From Acidimicrobiaceae bacterium (GTDB lineage: Bacteria; Actinomycetota; Acidimicrobiia; Acidimicrobiales; JAUTXP01), in assembly GCA_030837965.1 (NCBI GenBank), contig JAUTXP010000046.1, forward strand, positions 38,326-102,325: DNA of 64,000 nt. The letters are read 5' to 3'. Each line of letters begins with the position of its first letter. Within the stretch, counting starts at the first letter, position 1. The position numbers and the translations under genes were made by a program. This document shows, piece after piece, positions 19,438-29,210 of the stretch. Below the pieces are notes generated by a model. That model was not told where the DNA came from. It searched no databases and saw only the letters and a list, made by a program, of their open reading frames with translations.

Positions 19438-19514
19438 GCGGACTGAACGTATCGCCCCGCACCCGCGGCGCGCCCATCCGCAGCCGGGCGGACAAAACGG
19501 GTATACACCACAAC

Positions 19515-19529
19515 ACATACCTGGTATGT
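19515..19529. promoter_or_regulatory. 15-bp palindrome ACATACC-T-GGTATGT in the divergent promoter region
   Basis: A perfect 7-bp inverted repeat read directly, lying 48 bp upstream of the peptide gene's ATG. Confidence 0.4.
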
Positions 19530-19576
19530 TTCCCTGCAACACGTCGGCGACCGGCCCGGCGGGAAGGAGCTGGGAG

Positions 19577-19795
19577 ATGAACGAGACCCACGGCCTCGGC
19601 GCCGCCGCGCTCACCGACATCAGCGACGAGCTTCTCGACGCCGTCGTCGGCGGCGGTTCCATCGTCGACCCGGTGCTCTGCCCGATCCTGGGGTCCCTCT
19701 CGCCGGGCGTGCCCGGCGTTGTGGACATCGACCCGACGGGCGACACCTCCATCGCCGGTCAGCCGACCTGGGACTGCGTGCCGTACGACGGCTAA
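19577..19795 (+). CDS. Double-glycine-leader precursor peptide (72 aa), bacteriocin/RiPP-like
   Basis: SD GGAAGGAG lies upstream of the ATG. The leader 'LTDISDELLDAVVGGG' is followed by a 45-aa acidic, Pro-rich core with 2 Cys and no basic residues. Confidence 0.75.
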   Translation: MNETHGLGAAALTDISDELLDAVVGGGSIVDPVLCPILGSLSPGVPGVVDIDPTGDTSIAGQPTWDCVPYDG

Positions 19796-19868
19796 ACGCC
19801 AAGTCCCGTCACCCTCGATCACGCCCAATCGCGCCACGGCCCCTAGCTGTAGTTCCTAGGAACGTTCT

Positions 19869-20100
19869 TCAGCTGTGCTCACCTCTCCAGTAGGTCGCCC
19901 CGTAGGACCACTCGCGCAGCATCGTCTGGATGAACCTGAACCGCCCCGGGTTTTGTGGAGGCTGTTGCTAAGTCTTGGCGGCTGCCAGCGCTGCGGGGCC
20001 ACGAGTTTCCCTCGCCCGCGAGGCCGTGAACCAGTCGGCCTCGAACTCGGCGATCGGCCACGTGCCGCCCGCCGAGTTCGAGGACGAGTGGCTGAGAGGC
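19869..20100. pseudogene. Convergent transposase C-terminal fragments (rve-type)
   Basis: The minus strand reads 'PQNPGRFRFIQTMLREWSYGATYW*' (compare GKAERFIQT..EW), preceded by an in-frame TAG. The plus strand reads 'SAIGHVPPAEFEDEW', an IS3-like C-terminal motif. Confidence 0.55.
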
Positions 20101-21159
20101 ACGGGCAGGGGAGAGACTCGCGTCGGGCGATCACCAGCGTTGGGCAGGCACGTAACAAACAGCCTCCGCCAAACCCGGGGCGGTTCAGTCCGTCAGGGGC
20201 ACGTCTCCCCGGGGCAATTACCCAGGGCGAGCCACGTCCCCGCCGTAATGCTGGCGCTCCCGTCCACGCCCGCTGCGGCCGCCGCGCCGTCGTGAACGAA
20301 CTCCAGGAGCAAATCTCGCCGGGCTCGCTCGGCCAGCGAGCGGCGGACACTGTCGAGCTGGCCTACGAGCACCCGGCAGACGCCGCCTTCGGCCCACGGC
20401 GCGCCGTTCAGCACCAAGGACAGGACGCTGGCTGTGACGCGGATAGGCGCGGTGTGGGCGGCAGCGAGTGGAGGGCGGGCGCTAGCGTCTCGGCCACCTT
20501 CTTCCACATGCTGGCCCGCGTCTCCGACTGGGCTGGGCCCCAGCCGGACAGGCGGATCGTCCGACGGTTCCCGACGCTCTCGGCGACGACCGTTTTTGAT
20601 CGCCGCGGGCCCCAGTCTGCTGCCACCGCACGGTCGCTGTCCTCCGGGGCCTGGCGACGGGCAACGCCGATCAGCCGCGCCAGTTCGGGATGGGGAGCGA
20701 GGAGGACCGGGACAGGGCGCAAGCATCGAGCCACGACGGGTTAGCGCCTCGTCTCGGACGAGCCCGCGCGCGCTGCGGAGGAGGCCCAGCTAAGCACACG
20801 CTGTCCACCTCGGGCCATCGGCCAGCCACGCGCGCCGCCATGGCGCGGCCGCTTGAGCGTCGGCCGTCCCCGGTCTCGGACGGCGACCAGCGCCCAGAGG
20901 CGCCGTACGTCCGTAGGGCCTCCGCGGCCCCATCAGCCGCCCCCGGGGTCGGGCGACGCCAGTGCGCACTAGGCCGTCCGACAATCGGTTCGGGCGCAGG
21001 CCGATAATGCCGATGCGCTCGGCGACGGCCTTCAGGGCGTCCCGTGAATAAGCGTCCTCGGCCCGAAGGCCAGCGCGTCACCTGCCTGCTCACGAGCACC
21101 ACGCTGTTCCCGGACGCGTCGCCTGGCAGTTCGACGAGCTCTAAGGCGTGAGGCATTCC

Positions 21160-21723
21160 TCAGCGGACAGGGGCGGCGTGCACCCCGGCCAGCACGGCGA
21201 GGATGGCCCGGGCGGCGGTCTCGGGCCCCCAGCCAGGGTCGATCACGAGGTTGGGCCGCAACGGCTCCTCGTACGGCGCCGAGACGCCAGTGAACTGTTC
21301 GAGCTCTCCCGAATGGGCCCGCCGGTAGAGTCCCTTCGGGTCGCGGCGGGCGCACTCCTGCACGGGCGTGGCGACGTGGCACTCGATGAACGGCACGCAC
21401 GCGTCGCGGTGCCTGCCGCGCACCAGCGCTCGCGCGTCCCTGTATGGGGAGACGATCGCCACGAGCGCAACAAAGCCCATCCGGGAGACCAACAGTGCGA
21501 CCTCGCCCACCCGGCGGATGTTCTCGCGGCGGTCCTCCGGCGTGAAGCCGAGGTCGGAGTTGAGGCCGTCTCGCAGCTCGTCGGCGTCCAGCCTGCACAC
21601 CGCGACCCCTTGCGAGCGGAGCCCCACCTCGACGGCACGCGCCAGTGTGGACTTGCCTGCCGCAGGCAGGCCCGTGAGCCACACGGTCGCGCCCAGTTGG
21701 TCATCCACGGGCCGGTCCGTCAT
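21160..21723 (-). CDS. cysC: Adenylyl-sulfate (APS) kinase
   Basis: 'VWLTGLPAAGKSTLA' P-loop, 'LDADELR', 'DRRENIRR', and 'PYEEP' near the C-terminus. ATG at 21723. Confidence 0.85.
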   Translation of the reverse strand: MTDRPVDDQLGATVWLTGLPAAGKSTLARAVEVGLRSQGVAVCRLDADELRDGLNSDLGFTPEDRRENIRRVGEVALLVSRMGFVALVAIVSPYRDARALVRGRHRDACVPFIECHVATPVQECARRDPKGLYRRAHSGELEQFTGVSAPYEEPLRPNLVIDPGWGPETAARAILAVLAGVHAAPVR

Positions 21724-22099
21724 GTGCCCGAGCCTTGGCGAGCTTTCCCAACGAATCCGCCCGACAGACGCCACCACGTCGAAGCGCGCCCGCCTGGCAG
21801 TTGGGGCGAGCAGTTCGCGTACGTGCTCGCGCACGCCACGGAGCCCAGCGGTTCGCTCGATGCCGTGCCGCACGGAGCCACCGGCGGCGACCCGTGCCCC
21901 GGGTTCGGGGCAGGCCACACGCGTGAGCGTCGCCTACCGCCCACGCTCGATGGACGGCAGTCGGACACACGTTGAGGCGGCCGAAGACAATCGACTCGTT
22001 CGACCGGGCAACCAGAAAGGTGCTGGGTCTCGTCATCGATTTGGCCGAGGTAGACCGGCTGGAAGCCCGTCCCCGGGACGGCGTCGCGCAACTGAACCT

Positions 22100-22140
<41 letters not shown>

Positions 22141-22249
22141 CCGGCGCCGCGGGCCGGCCGTCGACGTGGACGGCGAACTTGATGGCTCGACCGAGCGGCT
22201 CACGTTTGCCTGCTGGCGCTGCCAACTTCGCTGAGAAAATCAAAGATCC

Positions 22250-23190
22250 GGCGATGCCGCACTACTCGAAGACCGCGCGGCCGAGCCAGGAGCTCACGGG
22301 CAGTTTCACCGGCGCCGCCACACCTCATCGTCCGCCCCCCTTCGGTCCCGATGAAGAGCCAGATAGTAGCGAGGCACGGCTCCGAAGAGCTTGTCGAGAC
22401 CTCGGTCACCCCGATGAAGCCCCGCCGTCGCTGATGCTGGGACTGCTCACGCCAACCTTCGATGCGCCCGACGGCCTCGAACCGTCCCGATTGCCAAGAG
22501 CAATCGGCGTCGTCAGAGTTGTGGTCGGCGACCTCGCGGAGGGGTGTCCAGTATCGCAGGCGGGCCGTTGACGCGCAGCGTGATCCTTCCGCTCTTGTCG
22601 ACGGTGTCGTGTCGCACGCGGTCGCGCCTATCGCTGCGATCACCGGGTGTTGCTTGGGTCGCCAGTGATAGGCGTCGGCAGGGGGTGCATCGATTCGGTA
22701 GCGACCGGTGCGGTCGTTCGTGGTTGCAGTAGACGGCGAAGACGTTGAGGAGGGCTTGCTGCTCGCCGATCGTGTCGGGCTCCCCGGCTCGGGCCGCGAG
22801 CGAGCGCGTGAGGGTCTGGTAGAACCGCTCGACTTTTCCGGCATGTCGTCGGGTGGTTCGGTCTGGAGCTCTTGGGCGATGCCGAGGCGACGCAGCTCGG
22901 CATCGAGGGCGTTGCGGCCGCCCTTGCCGCCGGAGAGGCGGGTGGTGAATGGCATGCCGTGCCAGTCAGCGTCGACGCGGGAGCGCCGTGCTCGGCGATG
23001 GCAGCCCAGAGTTCGTTCAGCACGATCCGCCCGGTGTACGGTGAGCCGCAACGCGTAGCGGGCGTGAGTCGAGCCAGAACAACACCTCGACACCGTTGGC
23101 GAGGGGGTAGTGGACCCGTCATTTGCGACACACCATCCAGCTTCGTCTCTCGCGAGCGTCGTTCCTCAGCATGCGCTCCTTGGCGCTGAC
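22250..23190 (-). pseudogene. IS481-like (rve integrase-core) transposase, frameshifted and 5'-truncated
   Basis: Pieces are spread over three frames: 'HARYALRLTVHR', 'AAIAEHGAPASTLT', 'GMPFTTRLSGGKGGRNALDAELRRLGIAQ', 'SRPNHPTT', 'PADAYHWRPK'. Confidence 0.7.
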
Positions 23191-23351
23191 GCACAAGAGC
23201 CCGGAAAGTGCGCGACCTGAGAACCGTGGCGCGTGGCCAGGGGAGCCATTCGAAGCCGGGCGTCGGGCGCCGCCAATGAGCCCGTAGCAGGTGTCAGCCA
23301 GCCGAGGCGCTTGTGCCCGTCAGCCCGAATGGCTGCGAAAGCGACCTTGCT

Positions 23352-24254
23352 CTATCGCTCCTCCAGCAGGTCGCGATACACCGAGCTGAGAAGTGCGCGG
23401 AGACGTAAGTCTCCACTGCTGTGTGGTGAAAGGAAGATCCCGACCGCGAGGTCCCCGGCCGGATCGCAAAATCCCATGAGGTGACGGGAACTGGTCCTCG
23501 GCAACATCGCGGTGTGACCGAACGCTTCGTCGCTACAGAACCGACCGGTCAGCGGCGAGATCACGTTGTGCGTTTCGAAGCCCAGACTAAACATTCCACA
23601 GTCGCATCGATTGCGCCGGCACTCTGCGGCCGTACTCGCGGCAGCCGGCACGGGGAGCCGTCGGCGAGAATCCGAGCCGGACTTCGACCAGCGCGAGCAT
23701 GCCTCGAAGAAGCGACACAGGTCTTCGGCGGGGCCCACGCACCTTTGAGAGGCATCGAGCGCCGCGCGAGAGGAACCGACGACGCGGGTCGACCTGCACC
23801 CGGCCTCGGACAAGATCGCACCGAGGATCTCTTCCGCGGGTTCGCCGGCAGCGCTTTCGAGGACGCGCTCCAAGACCTGCCAGATCTGCGTCGACGTATA
23901 ACGAGCATGCAGCTGTCCGTCTGACCGTGGTTCGGACCGAATGGAGCCGATGTGGGCGAGGCAGTCACGGACGGACGCTCCGGGCCGCACCCAGGGTCCG
24001 ACATTACCGACGACGTCGGCGACCTTCGCATCGAGCGAAAGCGTTCCCGTGTTCGCTAGCCGGGCCAACGCCATGGCCAAGAGCGGCTTGCCGGCGCACG
24101 ACCACGGGATCGCGCGCTGTCGAGGCAGTCCGTTTGCAAGTGAAAGCTCGAGGGCAGGCGATGTCAAGGCAATCTGAATGTACGCCGTCGACTGCCGAAG
24201 CTTTTGCAGGTAGGCCGCGGTGCGGGGCAGATCCGAGAGTCGCTCGGCGGGCAT
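23352..24254 (-). CDS. Beta-lactamase-related serine-hydrolase-like protein (possibly degenerate)
   Basis: The ORF is coherent and its GC looks lower by eye. 'WSCAGKPL' stands in place of the SxxK motif. ATG at 24254. Confidence 0.4.
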   Translation of the reverse strand: MPAERLSDLPRTAAYLQKLRQSTAYIQIALTSPALELSLANGLPRQRAIPWSCAGKPLLAMALARLANTGTLSLDAKVADVVGNVGPWVRPGASVRDCLAHIGSIRSEPRSDGQLHARYTSTQIWQVLERVLESAAGEPAEEILGAILSEAGCRSTRVVGSSRAALDASQRCVGPAEDLCRFFEACSRWSKSGSDSRRRLPVPAAASTAAECRRNRCDCGMFSLGFETHNVISPLTGRFCSDEAFGHTAMLPRTSSRHLMGFCDPAGDLAVGIFLSPHSSGDLRLRALLSSVYRDLLEER

Positions 24255-24443
24255 CGCTCCTCCAGTGGTGCTCCACTTGACCACATGCGGCGGGATCTCC
24301 CGGCTACTCTACTGGCCGCGCGTGCTTCGCCGGCTGAGGGAGATTGAGCCATCGACAAGCTTGCCTGGGTTCCTTCCGGGGTGCCGTTGCGTTGGCTGCG
24401 GGCAGGCCATGCGTGCCGATCGACTTGCCGCGGGTGAGCGTGC

Positions 24444-25481
24444 ATGCTTGTGAGGTCGCACAACGAATGGGATCCCCTCGAAGAGGTCGTCGTCGGGACG
24501 GCGAGAACGGCCCGCGTCCCTCGCGACGGTCCCGATGTGCGCGCCATTGACTACCCGGACGTCCCGGCCGACGAGCCGTTGCCGTGCGGGCCGCTTCCCG
24601 AGGTGGTGCGCGGCGAGGCGGAAGACGACCTCGACGACCTCGCCGAGGTGCTGGCATCGCTCGGCGTCCGGGTAAGGCGACCGGCACCAGCCGAGGCGCC
24701 TGCACCGTTCTCGAACGGCTGGTGGACGACCGACGGCTATCACGCCGCCTGCCCGCGCGACTCCGTACTCGTCGTTGGTGACCGCCTGATCGAGGCGCCT
24801 ATGGTGTTGCGGTCCCGCCAGTTCGAGGTCCAGGCGCTGCGTCCGTTGTTGCTGGAGTACGAAGCGGCCGGTGCTCGATGGATCTCGGCGCCGCGGCCGC
24901 TCCTGGCCGATGACCTCTACGACCTCGATGCCGCTCCGGGTGCTCGGCTTCGCGATCACGAGCCGGTGTTCGACGCAGCCAACGTCGTTCGACTGGGACG
25001 CGACCTGCTGTACCTCGTCTCGGACTCCGGCAACGGCCGGGGCGCGGCGTGGCTCGAGCGCGCCCTGGACGGTGAGTACCGCGTCCACCGCTGTGCCGGC
25101 ATCTACGCCCGCACGCATGTCGACAGCACGATCGTGCCGATCCGTCCGGGCCTCGTCCTGCTCAATCCTGAGCGGGTGAACGACGCCAACATGCCTGAAT
25201 ACCTCGAGAAGTGGGACAAGCTCTGGTGCCCTCCACTCGTCGACATCGGGTACGCGGGGGATCGCCCCGCCTGTTCGATCTGGATCGGCATGAACCTCCT
25301 CATGGTGCGCCCGGACCTCGCGCTCGTCGACGACCGGCAGCTCGAGCTGGCTCGACACCTCGAGCGGGCCGGCGTCGGCGTGCAGCCGTGCCGACTGCGT
25401 CATGCGCGCACGATCGGCGGCGGGCTGCACTGCTGCACGCTGGACATCCGCCGTGGCGGCGAGTTGGAGGACTACGGGTGA
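24444..25481 (+). CDS. Amidinotransferase (StrB1 / inosamine-phosphate or glycine amidinotransferase family)
   Basis: N-terminus 'SHNEWDPLEEVVVG', 'VDSTIVPIRPG', and a C-terminal catalytic-Cys region 'GGGLHCCTLDIRR'. Confidence 0.85.
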   Translation: MLVRSHNEWDPLEEVVVGTARTARVPRDGPDVRAIDYPDVPADEPLPCGPLPEVVRGEAEDDLDDLAEVLASLGVRVRRPAPAEAPAPFSNGWWTTDGYHAACPRDSVLVVGDRLIEAPMVLRSRQFEVQALRPLLLEYEAAGARWISAPRPLLADDLYDLDAAPGARLRDHEPVFDAANVVRLGRDLLYLVSDSGNGRGAAWLERALDGEYRVHRCAGIYARTHVDSTIVPIRPGLVLLNPERVNDANMPEYLEKWDKLWCPPLVDIGYAGDRPACSIWIGMNLLMVRPDLALVDDRQLELARHLERAGVGVQPCRLRHARTIGGGLHCCTLDIRRGGELEDYG

Positions 25482-26404
25482 GGGTCGTCGTCGAGACGCC
25501 CCGCGGTGCAAGCGGGACCGGGTACGCGTTCGCCGTGTGCGTCGGCCACGGTGGCCATTTCGAATCGGTGTGTCGCCCCGCCCTCCATCGGTTCATGCGG
25601 CCGCAGGACGCGCTGATTGCGGTGTACGACTCCACCTCCATGTTCGAGGCGTACGACGAGATCTTCCGAGCCGCGACTGACCTCGCCAACTGCTGCGGCA
25701 TCCTCGCGATCCACGACGACGTCGAGGTGCGATCCGATCCGATCGCCGAGATGAGCGTCCTGGCCGAAATCGCCGACGTCGGTCTGGCAGGCGCTCTCGG
25801 CGGTGCCGCGGGCACGAGCTTGGCATGGTGGCGGGAGAAGCCTGAGCGACGGGGTCTGCTTGTCGATCGTCGGAAGGTCCACGACCATGGCGGGCGTCGC
25901 CACCTCGTCGACGTCGTCGACGACGTCGTGCTATTCGTTCCCCGTCCTACGTTCGAGTCGACCCGCTTCGAGCAGACCCCATACCGCGGCTACGAGGGTC
26001 TCGGCGTGATCCTGTCGTCGATGGTGCATCGGGCCGGCGCGCTCGTCGCGGTCGGTCAGTTCGACATGTTCCATCACAACGACTGTGTCGGGTTCAACAA
26101 TGTCGTCGACTGGCGGTGGAACGAGTTGGCATGGCAGCTCGACTTCTTCGAGGTCGATGCGCGGCGGCGTCTGCGCTCGATGCTTCAGTCGCGGCTGTCG
26201 GCCCTGGTGCCGGCGCGGATCGCCCTCAACCGTGCCGTTGCAATGGTGCGAGGAAACGCCGGGAGCCCGAGCGACGGCGAAGCGCAGGACCCCGCAGTGG
26301 ACTCCTTGGTCGAGCGATGGTTCAGGGACGGCAAGGCGTTGCGGGGCCGCTCCCGTCCGCCGTTCACCGGCTCATCGCGGCCACTCGAGGTGGCTCGTGT
26401 ATGA
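25478..26404 (+). CDS. Hypothetical protein, possible glycosyltransferase-like (acidic 'DVVDDVV' motif)
   Basis: GTG at 25478 overlaps the upstream stop. The ORF is coherent but has no firm motif. Confidence 0.5.
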   Translation: MRVVVETPRGASGTGYAFAVCVGHGGHFESVCRPALHRFMRPQDALIAVYDSTSMFEAYDEIFRAATDLANCCGILAIHDDVEVRSDPIAEMSVLAEIADVGLAGALGGAAGTSLAWWREKPERRGLLVDRRKVHDHGGRRHLVDVVDDVVLFVPRPTFESTRFEQTPYRGYEGLGVILSSMVHRAGALVAVGQFDMFHHNDCVGFNNVVDWRWNELAWQLDFFEVDARRRLRSMLQSRLSALVPARIALNRAVAMVRGNAGSPSDGEAQDPAVDSLVERWFRDGKALRGRSRPPFTGSSRPLEVARV

Positions 26405-27047
26405 GCTTGACCCGACCGTGACGTCGTCGGTCCAGAGGTTCGAGAGGCTCCGGTACGACGCGACGGCCATCCCGCTCGTGAGCGTCGTCGCCGCGATGCT
26501 CGAAGTCGAAGACCTCACCACGCTGACCTGCGACACGCTGGTCACGCGGCAGATGGACGATCAGCGGTCGGTCTTCCATCGGAGGTACTTCGATCACGTC
26601 GATCAGCTCCACGAGCCGTATTGCGGTCTCCTCGACGCGCTCGGCCTCAGCCCGGACGAGGTTCTCGTTCAGAGGATTCCGACGCTGCGCGTCCAGTCGC
26701 CGGGATCGCTGGCCGTCGGGGCGTGGCACCGCGACATGGACTACGGCCACCATCCGGCCGAAATCAACTACTGGGTGCCGCTCACGCCGTTGTGTCCCGA
26801 CAACACGTTGTGGATCGAGGACGAGCCGGTCCTGGTCGATGTCGGCGAGGTCGTTCGGTTCCGCGGCGCGACCGCCCGCCATGGCAACGTCGTCAACCGT
26901 GCCAATCGGTCGAGGGTGAGCATCGACTTCCGAACGCTCGACCCGACGTACTACTCGCCAGGCGTGCGGTCCGTGTCGCACGGGGTCGAGTTCCGTGTCG
27001 GGAAGTATTGGTGGTACTCCGGAAGGCACGTCCGTGACGACGCGTGA
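26397..27047 (+). CDS. Fe(II)/2-oxoglutarate-oxygenase-like protein (StrG-like)
   Basis: The pattern 'WHRD' ... 'ARHGN' ... 'RVSIDFR' fits HxD...H...RxS. The GTG start overlaps the upstream gene by 8 nt. Confidence 0.55.
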   Translation: MYELDPTVTSSVQRFERLRYDATAIPLVSVVAAMLEVEDLTTLTCDTLVTRQMDDQRSVFHRRYFDHVDQLHEPYCGLLDALGLSPDEVLVQRIPTLRVQSPGSLAVGAWHRDMDYGHHPAEINYWVPLTPLCPDNTLWIEDEPVLVDVGEVVRFRGATARHGNVVNRANRSRVSIDFRTLDPTYYSPGVRSVSHGVEFRVGKYWWYSGRHVRDDA

Positions 27048-28197
27048 GCTGCCAGACGCGGAGACCGTTCAACTTCTCGCTCACCCCGAGGCGGCCAACG
27101 CGATCCTGCACGGGCTGCGCACGATCACCGAGGACGTACAGCCGACGCCGTCATCGTCCCGGTCGGTGGTAGATGTCCTCACCGCGGTCCTGCGAGGTAA
27201 TCGTCGCACGAGGACCGACCCGAGACCGGACCCGTTGGTGCTCCGTGACCAGGTCGCCCGTCAGTACGTCGAAGACGCTCCCTTGCGGTTGCTCACGATG
27301 TGGGGGGCGGTGAAGCACTACGTGGAACCTTCCGAGCAGGGCGTTGACCTCGCCGAGTTGTGGGCAGGCGTGCGCATGGCGGCCATCTGCGACGCGATCG
27401 GCTCTGTGCACGGGCCAGGAGGCGAGACGTCGGTTCTGGTCGAAGACCTGGGGGTCTGGTATCAGGATGGCTTCGGCGAGCCACCGGAGATCGCCGACTG
27501 CGTCGAGAGATCCATCGCGTCGTACGTGTCGTCGCTTCGATCACTCCTCGCCATCATCGACCCGCGCTTGCGACCGGTGACGTTTCTCGACGTCTTCGGA
27601 GGCTGCGTTGATGACTACATCGAGGCGCTCGAGCGCAACACATCGCTCATCGAGCGCCATCTCGACGGGCTCCAGTCGGGCGCTCGGGCTCCCGACCGTG
27701 ACCTGCTCGACGCAGGGTGGCGGGGCGACTTGAGCAGCCAGACGTTGGATCATTATCTCGGTCGGGTCCGGTCTCTCCACCCTGGCGAGCCTCACCGTAA
27801 GCAGCTCGAGCGGGTGAGCCGATTCCTCGGAACCGTGTTGCTCTATGAGCAGTACGGATGGCAGCAGGCAGCCTCGCCGAACGCGATTCGGCTCGCATTC
27901 TACAAGCCACCGCCCGCGATGCCCGTCCACCGCCTCCACGGCCGCGTCCACGTGCGGGGACTGCCGCGTTCGTGCTGCTCCACTATGATGCCGCCCTGGA
28001 CGTCGTGCGGATGCGTCGTCACCGAGCCGGACGGCCGCACCCGCTCCCACCTCGAGAGCTTCCGCGAGCTCGCCCAAACGACAGCAAACCGCTCGGACGT
28101 CGTCGCCGCGCTGACACGAGACCAGCTCGAGATGTCCTTCCGGGTGCGGTGGATCAGCAGGAGTACAAGAGTGCGGTCGACCGGCGCACCACAATGA
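27034..28197 (+). CDS. Hypothetical biosynthetic protein (387 aa)
   Basis: Translationally coupled on both sides. No confident motif. Confidence 0.55.
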   Translation: MTTRELPDAETVQLLAHPEAANAILHGLRTITEDVQPTPSSSRSVVDVLTAVLRGNRRTRTDPRPDPLVLRDQVARQYVEDAPLRLLTMWGAVKHYVEPSEQGVDLAELWAGVRMAAICDAIGSVHGPGGETSVLVEDLGVWYQDGFGEPPEIADCVERSIASYVSSLRSLLAIIDPRLRPVTFLDVFGGCVDDYIEALERNTSLIERHLDGLQSGARAPDRDLLDAGWRGDLSSQTLDHYLGRVRSLHPGEPHRKQLERVSRFLGTVLLYEQYGWQQAASPNAIRLAFYKPPPAMPVHRLHGRVHVRGLPRSCCSTMMPPWTSCGCVVTEPDGRTRSHLESFRELAQTTANRSDVVAALTRDQLEMSFRVRWISRSTRVRSTGAPQ

Positions 28198-29210
28198 CCG
28201 TCCTGCGCATCGCGATCGTGGGCTATGGCCGCATGGGACGGCGCCACGCCGCGACCATCGCTCGGCTCCCGCACGTCGAGATCCGAGCGATCGTCGACCC
28301 AGTTGTCCGATCGTCCGACCCCCACGACCTCCCGATCCGAGAGTTGGATGCGGTGTTGGAAGACCCGTCGATCGATGCCGCCATCGTCGCGTCGTCGACT
28401 GACGCGCACGCCCGTCTCATCGACCGTCTGATCGCCGCTGGCAAGCCGACCTTCTGCGAGAAGCCGTTGGCCGCGTCGACGACCGATGCCGAGCAGCTTG
28501 TCGCGGCTGCGTCCGATGCCGGCGTGCCGCTCACCGTCGGCTTCAATCGTCGGTTCGACCCCGACGTGGCCGAACTGCGGCAGCGGATCGCCGAGGGCGA
28601 GGTAGGTCGCGTCGAATCCCTGCACTTCATATCGCACGACGCCACGCCGCCTTCCGCCGACTACGCAGCCGCGTCGGGCGGTCTGTTCCACGACATGTCG
28701 ATTCACGACTTCGACCTCGCCCGCTTCCTGACGGGTGGGGAGGTCGCACAGGTCTCGGCTTTTGCCGGCCGCTCGAGCGACGCGGCCCCTGCAACTGAGG
28801 TCGACGTGGCCGTCACCACTCTCCTGATGGACGACGACACGATCGTGCAAATCAACAACTCGCGGCACTGCGCCGCCGGCTACGACCAGCGGATCGAAGC
28901 CTTCGGCTCTCGCGGGTCGCTGGCGATGGCGAGCCGGCCCACCTCCGCCGTTCGTGTGGCGAACGAGGCAGGGTTTCGGTACGGACCGCTGAGTCCGGGG
29001 TTCCTGCAGCGGTACGACACGGCCTACGGGATCGAGATCGAGGCTTGGGTCCGCTCGGTCCGCGAGCAGGCCGAGCCATGGCCGAGCGGGTGGGACGCGC
29101 TCGAGGCGTCGCGCGTCGCGGACGCTGCCGCGGCGTGTGCGGCGACGCGCACGACGACGACCCCGTCACGGCCCGACAGAAGGGAATCGCCGCGTGCCCC
29201 CGTCCACTGA
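28194..29210 (+). CDS. Gfo/Idh/MocA-family NAD-dependent oxidoreductase (myo-inositol 2-dehydrogenase-like)
   Basis: 'IAIVGYGRMGRRHA' Rossmann motif, 'CEKP' and 'GFNRRFDP'. ATGA overlap. Confidence 0.8.
   Translation: MTVLRIAIVGYGRMGRRHAATIARLPHVEIRAIVDPVVRSSDPHDLPIRELDAVLEDPSIDAAIVASSTDAHARLIDRLIAAGKPTFCEKPLAASTTDAEQLVAAASDAGVPLTVGFNRRFDPDVAELRQRIAEGEVGRVESLHFISHDATPPSADYAAASGGLFHDMSIHDFDLARFLTGGEVAQVSAFAGRSSDAAPATEVDVAVTTLLMDDDTIVQINNSRHCAAGYDQRIEAFGSRGSLAMASRPTSAVRVANEAGFRYGPLSPGFLQRYDTAYGIEIEAWVRSVREQAEPWPSGWDALEASRVADAAAACAATRTTTTPSRPDRRESPRAPVH

Noticed and set aside
19016-19795. A 259-aa ORF ending at the peptide gene's stop
   Set aside because: The first 187 codons are antisense to the ANL gene and look like shadow sequence. 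Only the last 72 codons follow an SD and an ATG and carry the GG-leader pattern.
20100-21150. Several overlapping 100-290 aa ORFs (for example 19875-20744, 20193-20726, 20671-21156)
   Set aside because: None has a start context or a motif, and they overlap each other in all frames. The region looks like decayed DNA. It is left unannotated rather than calling hypothetical genes.
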